From: Saccostrea cucullata
Taxonomy: Eukaryota
Direction: 5' to 3'
DNA length: 64,000 bases
NCBI RefSeq assembly: GCF_032062105.1
Contig: NW_026921645.1
Location: 1-64,000 of the forward strand
The translations under genes and the position numbers were made by a program. The notes under the pieces are model-generated. The model worked only from the letters and a program-made list of their open reading frames with translations. It had not been told where the DNA came from and ran no database searches. This document shows, piece after piece, positions 49,401-62,169 of this stretch (positions are counted from its first letter, which is position 1; each line of letters begins with the position of its first letter).

Positions 49401-49750
49401 ACAGAGCAATTGCAGCTGGGTTGGGGTTTAGGATACACTCGACCATACAGTAAAATCCTTGACAACGTCCAGAAAATTATCTGATTATAAATTGGTGCAT
49501 TTAAACTTAAAAATGCTATAATTAACCCTTACCTGAACTTGTCGTATTCCGGTGGAACTCGTCCTTTCATATTTCCCGGGTGAAGACATCGAGGCATTAT
49601 GTCAATGTAAGCCAAGGGCGGCAACTCCTCCTTAGATACGTCAGTCTTCGCTGAGGTTTGGGCCTGGTGCCCCATAATGTCCTCATAGGAGGGCGGAGGG
49701 AGCGAGTTGATAACATCTTCTGTGGTTATTACTGGTGGGGGCGAATCCAT
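46475..49750 (-). CDS. Uncharacterised PPxY / four-repeat / CaaX protein, paralogue A (~466 aa, ends CSIL)
   Basis: Exons 49533-49750, 49151-49318, 48789-49000, 48501-48671, 48288-48406, 48135-48189, 47818-48042, 46806-46935, 46475-46577 (1401 nt). All introns are GT-AG and collinear with paralogue B. Confidence 0.85.
47040..47710 (-). mobile_element. Degenerate HINE/Helentron remnant in intron 7 of paralogue A
   Basis: Diverged AACACCAGAGCCC../CCCTAATCAGAACCATGGCTCAGGGG units like those at 18.7-20 kb. End ..CAACGACGAA..GATAGCAAGAGGTCA. Confidence 0.5.
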
Positions 49751-50119
49751 ACTCACACTGAACAAGCTCGATACGGGTTTCTTTGATAAGATAGAGATGT
49801 CGAATACACAGTTTGAGTTCTTTGACAGTCTTTTTACAGCAACCAGACCATTTCATAAATGTTCATTCCTAATCATGCCTTTACATAACTGGAATATTTC
49901 ATTTGGTCATTTTCTTCCACATGTTTCCAGAACACTGTATGAATGGCAGCAGTATTGCAAAACTGACCAAAATAAGACATTTAAATCAATAAACACTGTT
50001 CCTGTATGGTTTCATTGACCTTCGATAATCGGGGGAGTTTTCAAAGGCATTTAAACGTGTAAAAGGTGTATCCACAAGTATACTTTTGTTTTGACAATAC
50101 TTGAGGAATAACGGTTTAA

Positions 50120-50545
50120 ATTTTATAACAAACGCTTGAAAAACAGGTAGGACATACGTTGATGGGGATGTTTCTCCGTCCACCTGTCTGTTCGTCCGTC
50201 AGTCCTTTACGCTTTGGAGTACCCATTTCTTATTCGCAACTCCTCCTTTTCTACTGATTGAAATTAAATTAGTTTCACAGAATCTTTGTTACAGGGTGTC
50301 ATTGCGCACTTTTTATTTTTTTTTTATCGAACACATATTTAGGGTTTCTCATAGCACAACATGGACATTACTATTGAGGGATACCCATCTTTTATTCGCA
50401 TTTCCTCCTATACCACTGAATAAAATTTAATGAAACTTTCTCAGAATCTTTATTACATAACTGGTGCCAATGTGACCTCCTGTATTACTTCTTGATCTGA
50501 CATCTATTTCAGGTCTCTCATAGCAAAACATGGACTTTGCCAATT
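50120..50545 (+). mobile_element. HINE-like remnant with two to three ~160-bp units
   Basis: (CCGT/CTGT) microsatellite, then repeated ACCCAT..TTATTCGCA..TCCTCC..CAGAATCTTT..TCTCATAGCA.AACATGGAC. Confidence 0.55.
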
Positions 50546-51447
50546 ATGATAATTTTTTAGCTCAATATTCACTGTACCCCTAGATGGTTTTATGATGTGA
50601 TCATGATCAAGCATTTGCCTTGCGTGATAATTTGAATATTTGCCTGAGTTGATTATGCATAAAATAATTATGCAAGCTTTTTGCTTGATCATCATCACAA
50701 AATCAGAAAATCTGATAGCTATTTCTTATATCTACATGTTTTCAATTCCATTGATATACCTGCTCCAATCCAACCCTTCTTTTTTCTGTCTCTTTCGCCT
50801 TGCACGTGGTATTTTAAGACCACGCCTATCGATGAACCAGTAGCGTTATGTAGAAATCACGTATTATGACTACTTGTGGATTTATCTAGGATCTTTTTAA
50901 TGTAAATATTTGAACATACCAAAGTGAATCTAACTAATGTTCCAATACTTGAAATAAACAGGAAATTTTCATCAATATAACAAATGACTTTTTTTCTGGG
51001 GTACATGATTGGTAAATTCAAAACAGTTTAATTTTAACTCTCTGGAACGTGCATTTTTACAATTTTCTTTGATCACAAAATCCTTGTGTGAATGTGTGCA
51101 TGATGTTAATTTTACCTTGCTTGTGGCAAAAATTTATGTACAATCATTGTTTCCTTCACAAATTTCATTTTCTCAATAATTTTCATCTTTGTTTGCTCAG
51201 AAAAAAGAGGTATCTTTATGCACATACCTTTACATACGTTTTACATGCATGATATGTTTTAGATCTTATTACCTATGGATGGCTCACATTTGTAAATGTT
51301 TCAGCAATGTACGTACTGGTTATAAGTACATCGCGTTTGGTCATTATATTTGAATACGTTCAAGGCAGACAATGAAGTTTTATCTCTTGTAATTTTAAAA
51401 AAATTATCATGTAAAGAAATTATTTTATTATGCATGACCAAAATGAA

Positions 51448-51448
<1 letters not shown>

Positions 51449-51482
<34 letters not shown>
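51449..51482 (+). repeat. (CT)n microsatellite
   Basis: About 16 CT units, one interrupted. Confidence 0.9.
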
Positions 51483-51486
<4 letters not shown>

Positions 51487-51835
51487 AATATAAATACAAA
51501 CAAAAAATAATACATTTGCAATGACAAAGAGGTATATTCATTCAATATATTTTTGTCAGATAAACCTTTGACAAATTTACATTGCATGAATTTCTAAAAC
51601 ATAAATCATTTAAGACTTAGAATGCGGAGAATGTATAATAAAATAGTAAGTGATCGTGGTCAGAGTTTTCAGTTAATGCTTTTGAATCTAATTTAAAAAA
51701 ATAAATATTATTGTCGAAGAAAGTTCCATAATCAAAACTGGATAGCATCTGCAAATCTCTCTCATAAGATGTACATGTAAATAAAAGTACAGATAATACA
51801 ATTGATAGACAAGTTGACGTCACATGAGCCGCGCT

Positions 51836-54800
51836 TTACTGGATAGTACAGGTAGAGGATGGTTTCATGGAGGGATCCCAGGGGAAAGCGGGAGGGAGAT
51901 AAGACGGGTGGGGCTCCTGGTACGGATAGAGAAAGTAAACCCTGCAAAAATGTGAAAGTATCGTAAATACAATTGTACATGCTAATCTGAGTCTATAATT
52001 TTAAGGGTTATCTGATATCTTTATGTGTATTTTATTTAGAGTAATTTATAGTTTGTATATATAAAGTTGTAGCTATAAATGTAAATCTTTTTCCCCTTTA
52101 ATTTGTATTTTTCGTTTACCTGACCGCTGTGACGTAGTACTTCCCAACTCCTTTAAAGGACGTGTAGTACGTCCTGGTAGCATCCACAGCTGACTTCAGG
52201 GATTCTCGATAAAGAAACTTGACGGTTTCCACTTTATACGAAGGGATACCTGTTTTCGACAACAGTTTAATAGAGACGTCTTACGTAAGTTCATATATGT
52301 ATTACTTTTAGCTTTTTCGATTTTATTTGAATTTAAGACTTATATAAGTAAATATATGGATACTTTGAGATTACCTGTGACTTTTAGCCAGGCTTCAATA
52401 CGGAACATTGTCTGTGACATTGTCTCAAATGACCTCTCTCCTGTCCTGACGGGGAGGAATAGCCGTGACGTAATGAAGCTGATTTGTGGTGGGGGTGCGG
52501 CACTAGGCGCCATCACGTAAAATACCCGGAGTGTCTGGAGAAATGACCTTTCCGACATTCCGTCGTCGAAGTCGTCCGTCAGATCCGAGAGAATGTCAAG
52601 TTGTCCTGTAATACGGTAGAAAGTTCGAATCTATTGAGTTACACAAATCACTGAGAGTAGATATCCGATTGACTATAGGATATGAGCTTACCTAGCTTGT
52701 CTGTGTAACGGACTTCATGTGTCTGAATGTTGACCAACTTTATACCCTGAGAGAGTTTATCCAAAAGTTATCTTCAATAATTTTTAGTATACATTTAAAT
52801 TATTAAATAGGACACATGTCTATAAATTTATGTATCATATTTTAAAAGAAGATGTTTTACTTACAGTTTGATGCGGCAACCATTTGTTGAATTTTGTCAT
52901 GTTTTCTTCGAAATTCTGAAACTGTGCGTGAGTAGCAATATCCGGTGGTTTTGTAATGCTGGGAATAAATTCTTTCATCCCTGGTACAAAAAGGTTAAAA
53001 ACACAATGGATAAACAAAGAATGTACGAATGCACACTACATGTACGAGGGGTTATCAAAAAGTTCGTGGACTGAGGCTATAAAATTAGTACTATGTAGTC
53101 TGTGCTTTCAAAATTTATATGGAACATAAAACAACAAAAAATAAAGAAAAGTTGAAAATTTTAGCCTGATACGTTCATTATTTTCCAAATTATTATGAAA
53201 TGAAAACGACAATATATGATCACTCGGCGCTGTCGTCGTTTACTTTCATGACGTCTGATAGCGTCATTGTTTTTTCATTGTCCGCTTCTTTTACCTCATA
53301 CACTTTCTTGATGAGAAACCCGGGAGCTAAGAAAGGACTTAAACCCGACTTGTTTATATGACTTTACAATGCCATGAACAGTGGCCTTCAATGAATATAA
53401 TATTCCAAATGGATTGATACATTGGGAGAGATCCGCGCTTGATTGTGCCGGCATATTTTGCTTTTGGGAGTTCAATATCTACAACGCATGATCAGCGACA
53501 TTTTTTGACGTGATTAATTTTTCACAACTTGACTGCACATCGACATTAACTGTGTATCCCTTTTCTCTCTGAATCTATTTTGACATTAAAAGACAAGTAC
53601 TCTGGATGCATTTTATTTCTCTGTAGCCAGTTTCAACATATTTATGTCTAGGTCAGGGGCACAACTTGATAGAATGTAGGAAACGGAAACCCCTCCCCCC
53701 TTTTGACGTCATTTTCAAGGCCTCATTTATTTGGACATTCCGTGTAAAATTTGCGATATAATTTCATAAAACTTCCAGAATGAAGTGAAAGTTTCGTATT
53801 TTATGGAACAATTGTGTCCAGACACATACCTGTTTTATAACGGGATTTTTGGATGTCAAATGACCGTATCAAAAGAGTTTTTCTTAGTTACACGTAGGTC
53901 GCAAAAACGTCGTGTTCGAGGTTGCGCCGCCTGGACATACCATTGCTTACAAAAACATCACTCATTGATTGAAAAATAAAATTTATGATTTATGGTTTAT
54001 TCTTTAGATAGAAAAGATGATGATAACTAGATATTGTAAAATTCGTTGATATGCCTAAAGCGGTTTTAATTTTATGACGCTAGTCCACGAACTTTTTGAT
54101 AACCCCTCGTATATATTTATACAACGTGTCCCCTACATTTTTTCTAAATTATTGGAATAAGAAATTTCAAGTAAAGAACTACGATTAACCTATTGTTTCA
54201 TTGGCAGGTTCTCCTATGACGTAGAAGACACGTATGATCTGCGTGTACCGCTTCATTTTCCCGCCATTCTCATGACAGACAGTGTTATCAGGATCAATGA
54301 CAGCTTTTTCCAGTCCCTCAGACATCTTAAGTGTGGCACTTTCAACATTCAGTATAGAACCTGGGTAAGCATTGAAATACTAGTAATATCAGTTTTCAGC
54401 ATTCTGAAAACTGATATGCTTAACAATTGTTAAATGTTAATAGCTATGGAATAATACTTTTTCTATATAAGGTATCTTTTAGAATTTTGTAGTATTCAAA
54501 CCTTGCAGTGTTTGTTTCTTTAAATCTTCATTTAAGCTTTGTAGGGTTTCATCAAATCCCTGATATGTGGTCATTGAATAGCCATACATTTGTAGAAATA
54601 ATGGATGCCCGATGGCAAACCCAGCAAATGGGTGATACAGCTGGCCAGCTGTGAGGTTCACCTCTGTGGTTTTGGGGACTTTGTTTAAAAGTCCTAGTTG
54701 TTGTGGTGGTGTGGAGGGGTCTTTAACGTATAACCATAACCTAAAACAGTCAATAAAAGGACTGTATGAGGACACTGTTGAGAGAGTATAAAGGTGACTG

Positions 54801-57453
54801 CAGGATCAGTTTATCATTTCAATAAAGAATGGATTTTAATTTTTTCCATTTCTTAAAGAATATTATGGTTAACCCTCTGATGAGAACCTTGTCATATTAT
54901 GGCGTTCCCTTCCTTAGTTCTCTCACGAGTATGTATAGGAGAAATACAATATGGTGTTCCCTACCTTAGCCCTCTGATGAGAACGTTGAAGCCATAGGTT
55001 GACTCGTGGCTTAACATCTTATCCATAATTATCTCCCCGCTCGACTCCACCTTTCGTTCTACCGTCTCACATTTCCACACACCGTAATTTGGGTTTGCTC
55101 GGAGCCAGTAATTAGCTGCTCCTATCAGGGTACTGCAAGCATAAGATAATTAATAGCCATTCTCTGTAACCACTTAAACTTCGTTGCCACGCATGGTCAC
55201 CGATTTTGATGAAACTTCACCCATGCTTAGTACTTAACACCAGAAACAGATATCAAAATTTCGTTGCTATGTGTCTCGGTTGCTATGGCAACAACCGGAA
55301 AATTTTGAAAAATCGAGATTTTCAGCCACTTTAAATCTTGACTGTGGCTTAAAAAAAACTAGAAAAAGCAAACAAACCATTCTCACAAAAACATGACACC
55401 TTGATGTCACTCATACTGTAAAGAAACTGTTTAGATTATATCTCTAAGTAATTGGTAACAAAGGGTACTTTTGGAATACATTTAAAATGCTGAAATATTC
55501 TGAAAAACACTCTGTATTCACCAATGGTAGGTGTTACATGCTCAAACTCAATCAACGACTTAAGAAGAACAATGAAAATGTTTGACCTTAAGTATATAAG
55601 TATAAGCAATATCATTCTATAAATAACTTTTATGGTTGCCATGGTAACACAGTGTAACCATGCAAAACCAGTAACTAAGATTGGATTAATCCTACTGTCT
55701 TGAGGAAAAACATGAAAAATCAAGACTGGCAAATATGCATCCTTAGGACCTTGCAACACCAAAACCATAAGAAAAATTGAGTATAATTGCTACTTTGCAG
55801 TCTTACCATGGAAACAAAGTACCAGTGCTTAAAAGTGAATTATTTTTCGCTGCATTAAGAATTAAATTGCCATTTAATCAAGAAACAAATTAAAGGACTC
55901 AGCTTGAATAGTACTTATCTGTTAGAACTGAAGTTGAATATCATATATTGATAAAATTTGATAAATAAAACAACACTGTTGCTATGGTTTCCAAGAAGGG
56001 AAAATGTTCGATTTTGTGACCTTTATATCAATATTAAACCCTGTGTGCCAACTTCTTGCATCCACTTAGAGATTGGATGATAGTCAAAATTAAAAGTAAA
56101 GTTAGCTGTTAATAAATATCAATCATAAAAGTTTTGGGAATCTACATTTAAGGGTACGTATCCACGGAAATAAAATATTTTTCAGGTTTTTAAGCATATA
56201 TTTTCTGCTTATTTCCATAGCAACGCTCTATTTAAAGAATAGAATCGGAATTTTTTTCAAATGGGAAAACTTGGAGCACACCGACATCTTATTAAATTGA
56301 TCATTAGTTATGAGGAAATGTGCTTTTTTTAAAAGACAGGATCAGATTTAATTATACAGAGTGTTACTTTGAAGGCTCTCTGGGTATAAAAACCTTGGCA
56401 ACCATTGCCAACCAAAATGAAATATCATATTATGTTCTTGGTATATGTTTCAAGGCTCTTTTTTCTATTATTTGGTAACATTTCATCCTATAATTGCTTT
56501 TTATTTTTACGTGTATGACTTTATAAAATTCAATGAATATTTTTTTTTTACTTTTGAATACTTTCTTACCATAGTAACGTATGTAATAGTTGATTTACCA
56601 AACATGTTTATCATGCATTTGAGACATCTGACCTTCAACTTTTGGAAACAGTCATTGCCCATTGTTTGCTTTGCCGCAAATGTTAACTATGGCGCTCTAA
56701 ACATGTTAAAAAATGCCATTTTTCGAACTTCAAGACATGTTGCCATGGTAACTATAAAACATAGCAACCAATTTTTGCCTGATTTCAGTTTAGGGTATCA
56801 ATGTCTTTTATCATAGAGAGTTTGGAGAAATTCTGAGACTATGCGTGCCACAGCTCCTATATAAAATTTCAAATCATTACAGAGAATGGCTCTTAATGTT
56901 CAGTGATATTGTAAAGTTTTACACTAACAGTTTAGTGCTGTGTGTTCTACAGTTTTGAAATGTTTCCAAATTATACCCCCCAAAAATGCAAAAAAAAGTT
57001 CCTTATAAGGAGGTCCTGAGAACCTGGATTACTGAATTTCTATAAATTCATCTAATATGTCTAAGAAAATGTTATTATAATTTATATGACGGATAGTTAG
57101 GAGATATTTTTCCTTGTAACCAAGATTTTTTTATACATGTACATTAATTCTTAATACACGAAATTTTCTGCATACAATTAGAAAATACATAAAGAACACT
57201 AAAACACTGTTAAAATGTCACAAGTCTGTTACAAAGTTTACCTGAATCTGTCGTATTCGGGTGGCACCCTTTTCCTCATGTTCCCCGGATGCAGACACCT
57301 GGGCATGATGTCTATGTAGGCCAGGGGAGGCAGTTCTTCCCTAGGGACGTCAGCCTTCACGGAGGAGAGAGCCTGGTGTCCCATCACCTCCTCATAAGAC
57401 GGCGGGGGCATGTGTTTATCCACATAGTCAGGAGTTACAGGGGACTTGGACAT
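51836..57453 (-). CDS. Uncharacterised PPxY / four-repeat / CaaX protein, paralogue B (~475 aa, ends CTIQ)
   Basis: Exons 57242-57453, 54965-55132, 54502-54740, 54190-54360, 52865-52980, 52692-52746, 52375-52605, 52120-52249, 51836-51941 (1428 nt). Shares EELPPLAYIDIMPRCLHPGNM, YGVWKCETVERKVE and FLPVRTG with paralogue A. Confidence 0.85.
53045..54109. mobile_element. Non-autonomous Tc1/mariner element
   Basis: Perfect 28-bp TIR CGAGGGGTTATCAAAAAGTTCGTGGACT. TA TSD at 53043-53044 and 54110-54111. No long ORF. Confidence 0.88.
55154..56892. mobile_element. Non-autonomous TTAA-targeting DNA transposon (Sola3/Kolobok-like ends), rich in X-box motifs
   Basis: TIRs TAGCCATTCTCTGTAA / TTACAGAGAATGGCTC. 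TTAA at 55150-55153 and 56893-56896. Confidence 0.75.
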
Positions 57454-58415
57454 GGTGTTTCAGTGGGGAGGCAGTCCTGATCAGGATCTAATCACACAAA
57501 ATCGTCATTTTGTCGAAGAGTGTTTATAGTCAGTCAAAATGGCAGACAGTCTTGGATCACAGTAAAGTATGTATTTAAATGGGTTATATTTAGTGAGGAA
57601 CATTCTCTGCGAGACTATTTAAAGCTCCACTGATCAAGTAAACACGAGTAAATCAACAGATCGATACCCGGTTCATTGGATTGCTCTTTAAAATCAAACT
57701 CGTGACAGTATGATTGCTTTTGCAATTTTTTAAAACACAATTGCAGGTACATTTTGCCATGACAAGTCTATTTTGAAAGAATTATAGAAAGAGTTATTAG
57801 AATATATATCTAACAGCATTTCTTTAACTGGATGAGTAATGAATGAATGATAAATGCATTGGAGAAAGGAATATTAAAACTTATTCTTAAACAAAATAAT
57901 ACTGTAGTAGAATTGCAAATAATTTAAGAGATCATGAAATAAGTAACAAATTCCCAGGTGTCGTAATAATACAGCAACATGGAACAAATTATTTATGAAA
58001 ATCCAACAAAATATATTGTTGCGATCTTCTTGAAATGAAACATTTCAATGATTTGGCATACCAGTAACTATTATTAAGTTTGATTAAGGTACGTGTAAAA
58101 CAAGCGGAAATAAACTATTATTAATCAGTTGGATTTGTGAAGAAGCTAATTCTGTCCATTACTGTGTTTGAATCTAATAATAAAGTTAATTGTTTCAGAG
58201 TTTCTTGCTAAAATTCGTTTTGATTTATAGGCATGATTATATTTGTGTCGAATTCAGTACTTTTTGCATCGTGGAAGTATTGTTGACCAAAAATATTCTA
58301 ATTCATTAACTATGCATGTTCTTGTCCATAACTGAATAAATTATGAGGAGGGTTATGGAGTCTATCTTTTGCTTAGTATAAATGTAAGACAGGCATATTA
58401 ATTAATAAGCGTAGG

Positions 58416-58549
58416 TATAAATCCATTTCTCAGCATTGAGTGTATGTGCATTAACGGCCAGTGGATGACACACATTTCTCTGACATCCTTTTGAAAAAAC
58501 CGGCCGCATCACAAGGAGAGACAAAGAGTCACGTGCTAAAAAGGTAAGT
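58416..58549 (+). promoter_or_regulatory. Putative TATA box and non-coding first exon of the secreted-protein gene
   Basis: TATAAAT at 58416 and a strong donor AAG|GTAAGT at 58543/58544. A matching acceptor TTTACAG ends at 59435, just before the ATGs. Confidence 0.45.
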
Positions 58550-59463
58550 TCACTTAGTTCCCCTCCACGGTCTTATCAGGTGTTGATGATTGCATAAAAT
58601 TGGTTGATTTTTAATGAAAAGCCGTGAACAAACATAAAAAAATATAAGAAAAACTATGATTTCTTATTGTGAAGAATGACTGTAAACCACATCCCTTTCT
58701 TTCAATCTCATTAATGATTTGTTCACTTTTTGTGGTTCTGGTAAAAATGACAGCTCTATGGTTTAATGTAAAAGACATTAGACTCTGACATGTCTATTTC
58801 TATTGTTCACTGAAGTCCGGCCAAACGATCCTTTCTTTTAAGACAATTGTACACGATTTCACTTCCTTGTGAAATAAAAATACGTTTAATAGATCAACAT
58901 ACACTCTTTAAATGGATGGGATACATCCATCATTTTTACGTTTATTAAACAGGAACATTAATTCGAATAGAGCCTTGATATAATTTATACAAAGAAGTTT
59001 ATAGTACATCATAAGATAACATAGTTTTCAGACAGATCAATTGGATAGTGCAGCTGTAGTAAGTATGTAGTTTGTAGGAAATAATTTTACGTTTTAACAT
59101 CGACTGTAGTAATATTTAATGAATGAATATTAATTAATTTTTAGGAAATAATAATTAGATTGAGTTGAAGAATATGAGATTTTGCAATTATGTCATGACA
59201 AAAATAGCTGTAAAAATAAATCATACATAAATAATTTTCCAAATTTATAATTAATTTTAAGCGTGATTTCACTTTTCTCCCAATAATAATGTCTTTATTT
59301 AGATTATATTTATTATATGATATTTATACATGAATTTCACGGAACTAAGGTCTCATACAAAAAAAATTATAATCGTGGCTATCATAATATTAGAAGCAGC
59401 TTTAACTTTTTGAAGTTTTTATATTCTGTTTACAGATTCAGTATGTGCCGCTACAGTACAGCC

Positions 59464-61284
59464 ATGGTGAGATTAACCCTAACTTTGATATATTCCCTGT
59501 TGATTTCATTGGAGGTCACCAAGGCGCTTATTCTCCCTGCGTATAACCTCAGATCCGCCTCTAACCACAAAGTTATGGCGCTCTCAGGAGCCACAGATGG
59601 AAAAGCAGTGTTAGTGTCACAAGAACAACCACTGTCCCTTAATGTGTGTATCAGGAAGCACTCCATGATACGACTGGACGATGTCAGGTTTTCTAATTAT
59701 AATTACTCCACCTTCTTCAACGTGACCTTCAATAGTGGAGAATGGATGGGAACATTCTATGTGAGACCCGGTATGGATTGGAACCGATTCAAGAACACGG
59801 GAATATTTCCACACAGATACACCCTGGAACCCGGATGGCACGTCATCAAGATTTACGTCATGGATTACTTCGGGTACACGGAAGGCATTGCTGTGGATAC
59901 TTTACGGTTCAGTGTAGATGACCCATGGATGGACAATGATATTTTATCGTGCAAAACAATATGCACAGAGAAAAATAGGTTCCCCGTACGATCTCCGTCC
60001 TCTTCCGAGAACGCATTGCCTTCTGGAATAGAACAGAGATCGTTTCCGACTAAGTGTGCAGAAGTTGATAACATTGACATACCCCTGTACAACGCTCACA
60101 TTGACAGCTTCACGATTACGGCTTCACTTCCGCAGTATAAATCCTTCTCCAACAGAAGGGAAGAGAACACCACAAACTGCCCTCATCTAAGTTCAGAATT
60201 GTGGCGATTCGATAACTTTAACGTCAGTTCCTCATCTGCCGAAATAATCAACAATAAGGGCGCCAGAATGTCATTTTATTCAACGTCTTCAAACGAAGTT
60301 TATATCATCATTCGTTTCTTTCTGGAGGGACAAAAGAAAGGGAGTGTGGATGCAAAAATTGGATCGTTATTAACTCTTCAGTTAAAGACCCTTACAGCTC
60401 CAACAATGATAAAATTGCGTTATAAAGAAAAATGGGGTAATCTGTCGTTACCGATTACACATAATTTTACACATCAGAATCTGCAATTCACATGGACAAT
60501 CCCAGACTTTACCTGGACGGAAGACAGTCTTAATTACATCATTTTAACAGCAGAGTCAGAAAATCTTGCTCTCTTGGTAAATAATTTGCGTCTGGAGAAA
60601 AGAGCATTCAAGCCCGAGAAGCACGTGACCATCTACAAGAGTGATGACGTACACATTGTAGCTGTTTACGTAGAAATGTGGTGGTTAGCCCCGGACAGAA
60701 TGACTGTACACCTCACTAACGGACAGACCTACGAAGACGTTGCTTATCTACAGATCTACAGACCGATTCCATGGAACAATGGGTATTCTCAAGTTCTAGT
60801 TTTGTACCAGGACGGAAATGCCCGATTCATTCCGGTGACTCCCGAAGGACTTGACTGGATCCCATTTGGTACATCCGTTATTCTTGGACAAACGTACAGT
60901 GATTCAATAAGACCTTATACCTCCATAAAACAGCTTAATATAGACCCAGAACGATGGACTATGCGCATCTTTTATAAAGATGGAGGTTCGATGCTAATGA
61001 AAATTAACAGTACTTACAGTGAAACTCAAGCTCATGTGTCCGAAGTTTTCTTCACAAGGGACAGGTATACACTTCCGTTTGCCACTGTACGGTCAATGTA
61101 TGTGTCTGAAGGTAATACTGATGTAGACAGTGTCAAGGTCGACGATAAAGAGACCTACCATATAATGGACCAATGGGGCTACGTTCAAGGAAGGAGCTTC
61201 GCATTTTACCGCAGTTGTATATCCAGACACTTAACACTTAGTCCCGACATCCAAATTGATGTGTTTAAAACCAAAATATCGTGA
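59464..61284 (+). CDS. Uncharacterised secreted protein (~606 aa) with a CBM6/CBM35-like N-terminal beta-sandwich; single coding exon
   Basis: Kozak GCCATGG at 59464 and signal peptide MVRLTLTLIYSLLISLEVTKA. Pattern VRFSN..WNRF..LEPGWHVIKI..GIAVDTL. Trp-rich C-half (VEMWWL, YSQVLVLYQDGNAR, DWIPFG) and several NxS/T sites. Confidence 0.85.
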   Translation: MVRLTLTLIYSLLISLEVTKALILPAYNLRSASNHKVMALSGATDGKAVLVSQEQPLSLNVCIRKHSMIRLDDVRFSNYNYSTFFNVTFNSGEWMGTFYVRPGMDWNRFKNTGIFPHRYTLEPGWHVIKIYVMDYFGYTEGIAVDTLRFSVDDPWMDNDILSCKTICTEKNRFPVRSPSSSENALPSGIEQRSFPTKCAEVDNIDIPLYNAHIDSFTITASLPQYKSFSNRREENTTNCPHLSSELWRFDNFNVSSSSAEIINNKGARMSFYSTSSNEVYIIIRFFLEGQKKGSVDAKIGSLLTLQLKTLTAPTMIKLRYKEKWGNLSLPITHNFTHQNLQFTWTIPDFTWTEDSLNYIILTAESENLALLVNNLRLEKRAFKPEKHVTIYKSDDVHIVAVYVEMWWLAPDRMTVHLTNGQTYEDVAYLQIYRPIPWNNGYSQVLVLYQDGNARFIPVTPEGLDWIPFGTSVILGQTYSDSIRPYTSIKQLNIDPERWTMRIFYKDGGSMLMKINSTYSETQAHVSEVFFTRDRYTLPFATVRSMYVSEGNTDVDSVKVDDKETYHIMDQWGYVQGRSFAFYRSCISRHLTLSPDIQIDVFKTKIS

Positions 61285-61459
61285 AAGAAAGATTCTTATT
61301 ATAACTAAGAAATAATAATAGTTTGATGATTTCCTGAGAAAATGCTCAGTGTTGGGCGTTAGTGCTATTTTTTAATTGAGAGCAAGACGCATGGGGTGTT
61401 TCATCTGCATACAAGTTGATCAACGGAATAAACATGATAAAGATTGAATTTGAGTGAAG

Positions 61460-62165
61460 AAAACAATATTTGTTGTACAGCTCTTAATACAACGATCCAT
61501 CTAAGGAACGGAATCTTCCTATCATTGTACAGAGTCATGCAAATCTTAACATTGTGATGCTATCATCTTAACGCTATGGTCCTATCAATAAAACACTTTC
61601 ACATCATTATCACCACCGCCTTACAAATCATAACGGAGGCCTAAACATTGTAGTTTTGTCCCACCATGATTTTTTCGAGTCTTAAAAGTGTGATCCTCTG
61701 GTTGTACAGATGATGTAACCAATGTGTTCTATAGAAGACATCATACCAATATTACAATCATTGTGGGAACATTAATATATTGAACTCAAAATTGTACACT
61801 TCTTAACATGGTGATTCTTTTAATGAAAATATTTCAACACTGGTTATTTGTATTTTTGTACAGTTCTAAACACTGTGTTCATATTATTTGATTTTTTTCT
61901 CAATGATCTCTATCACATCATGATCCTATCAAGTAATAAGGTCCCATTGTAACACTTAGATTCTACATATTGTAGGTATGTTATCATTGGGATCCTATAT
62001 TTTGTACAGATATTAACATTAATATCCTATATTTTGTACAGATGTTAATGCTGGGATTTTATACCCTGGTATATTTACATACATGTTTATTAACATTGGA
62101 ATCCTATATATTGAACAGTTGTTAACACTGTGATCCCAAACATGTAGATGTTAACACTGGGATAA
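61460..62165 (+). repeat. Degenerate ~31-bp minisatellite
   Basis: Units such as TTGTACAGATATTAACATTGGGATCCTATAT, clearest at 61960-62160. Confidence 0.7.
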
Positions 62166-62169
62166 AATA

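Noticed and set aside
54870-54990. CTGATGAG as a hammerhead ribozyme core
   Set aside because: It is antisense coding sequence of an exon plus a local duplicate, with no GAAA and no stems in the right geometry.
59317-59463. ORF-track start at 59317
   Set aside because: The upstream stretch is AT-rich and ends in an acceptor at 59435. The signal peptide and Kozak context favour ATG 59464 (or 59443).
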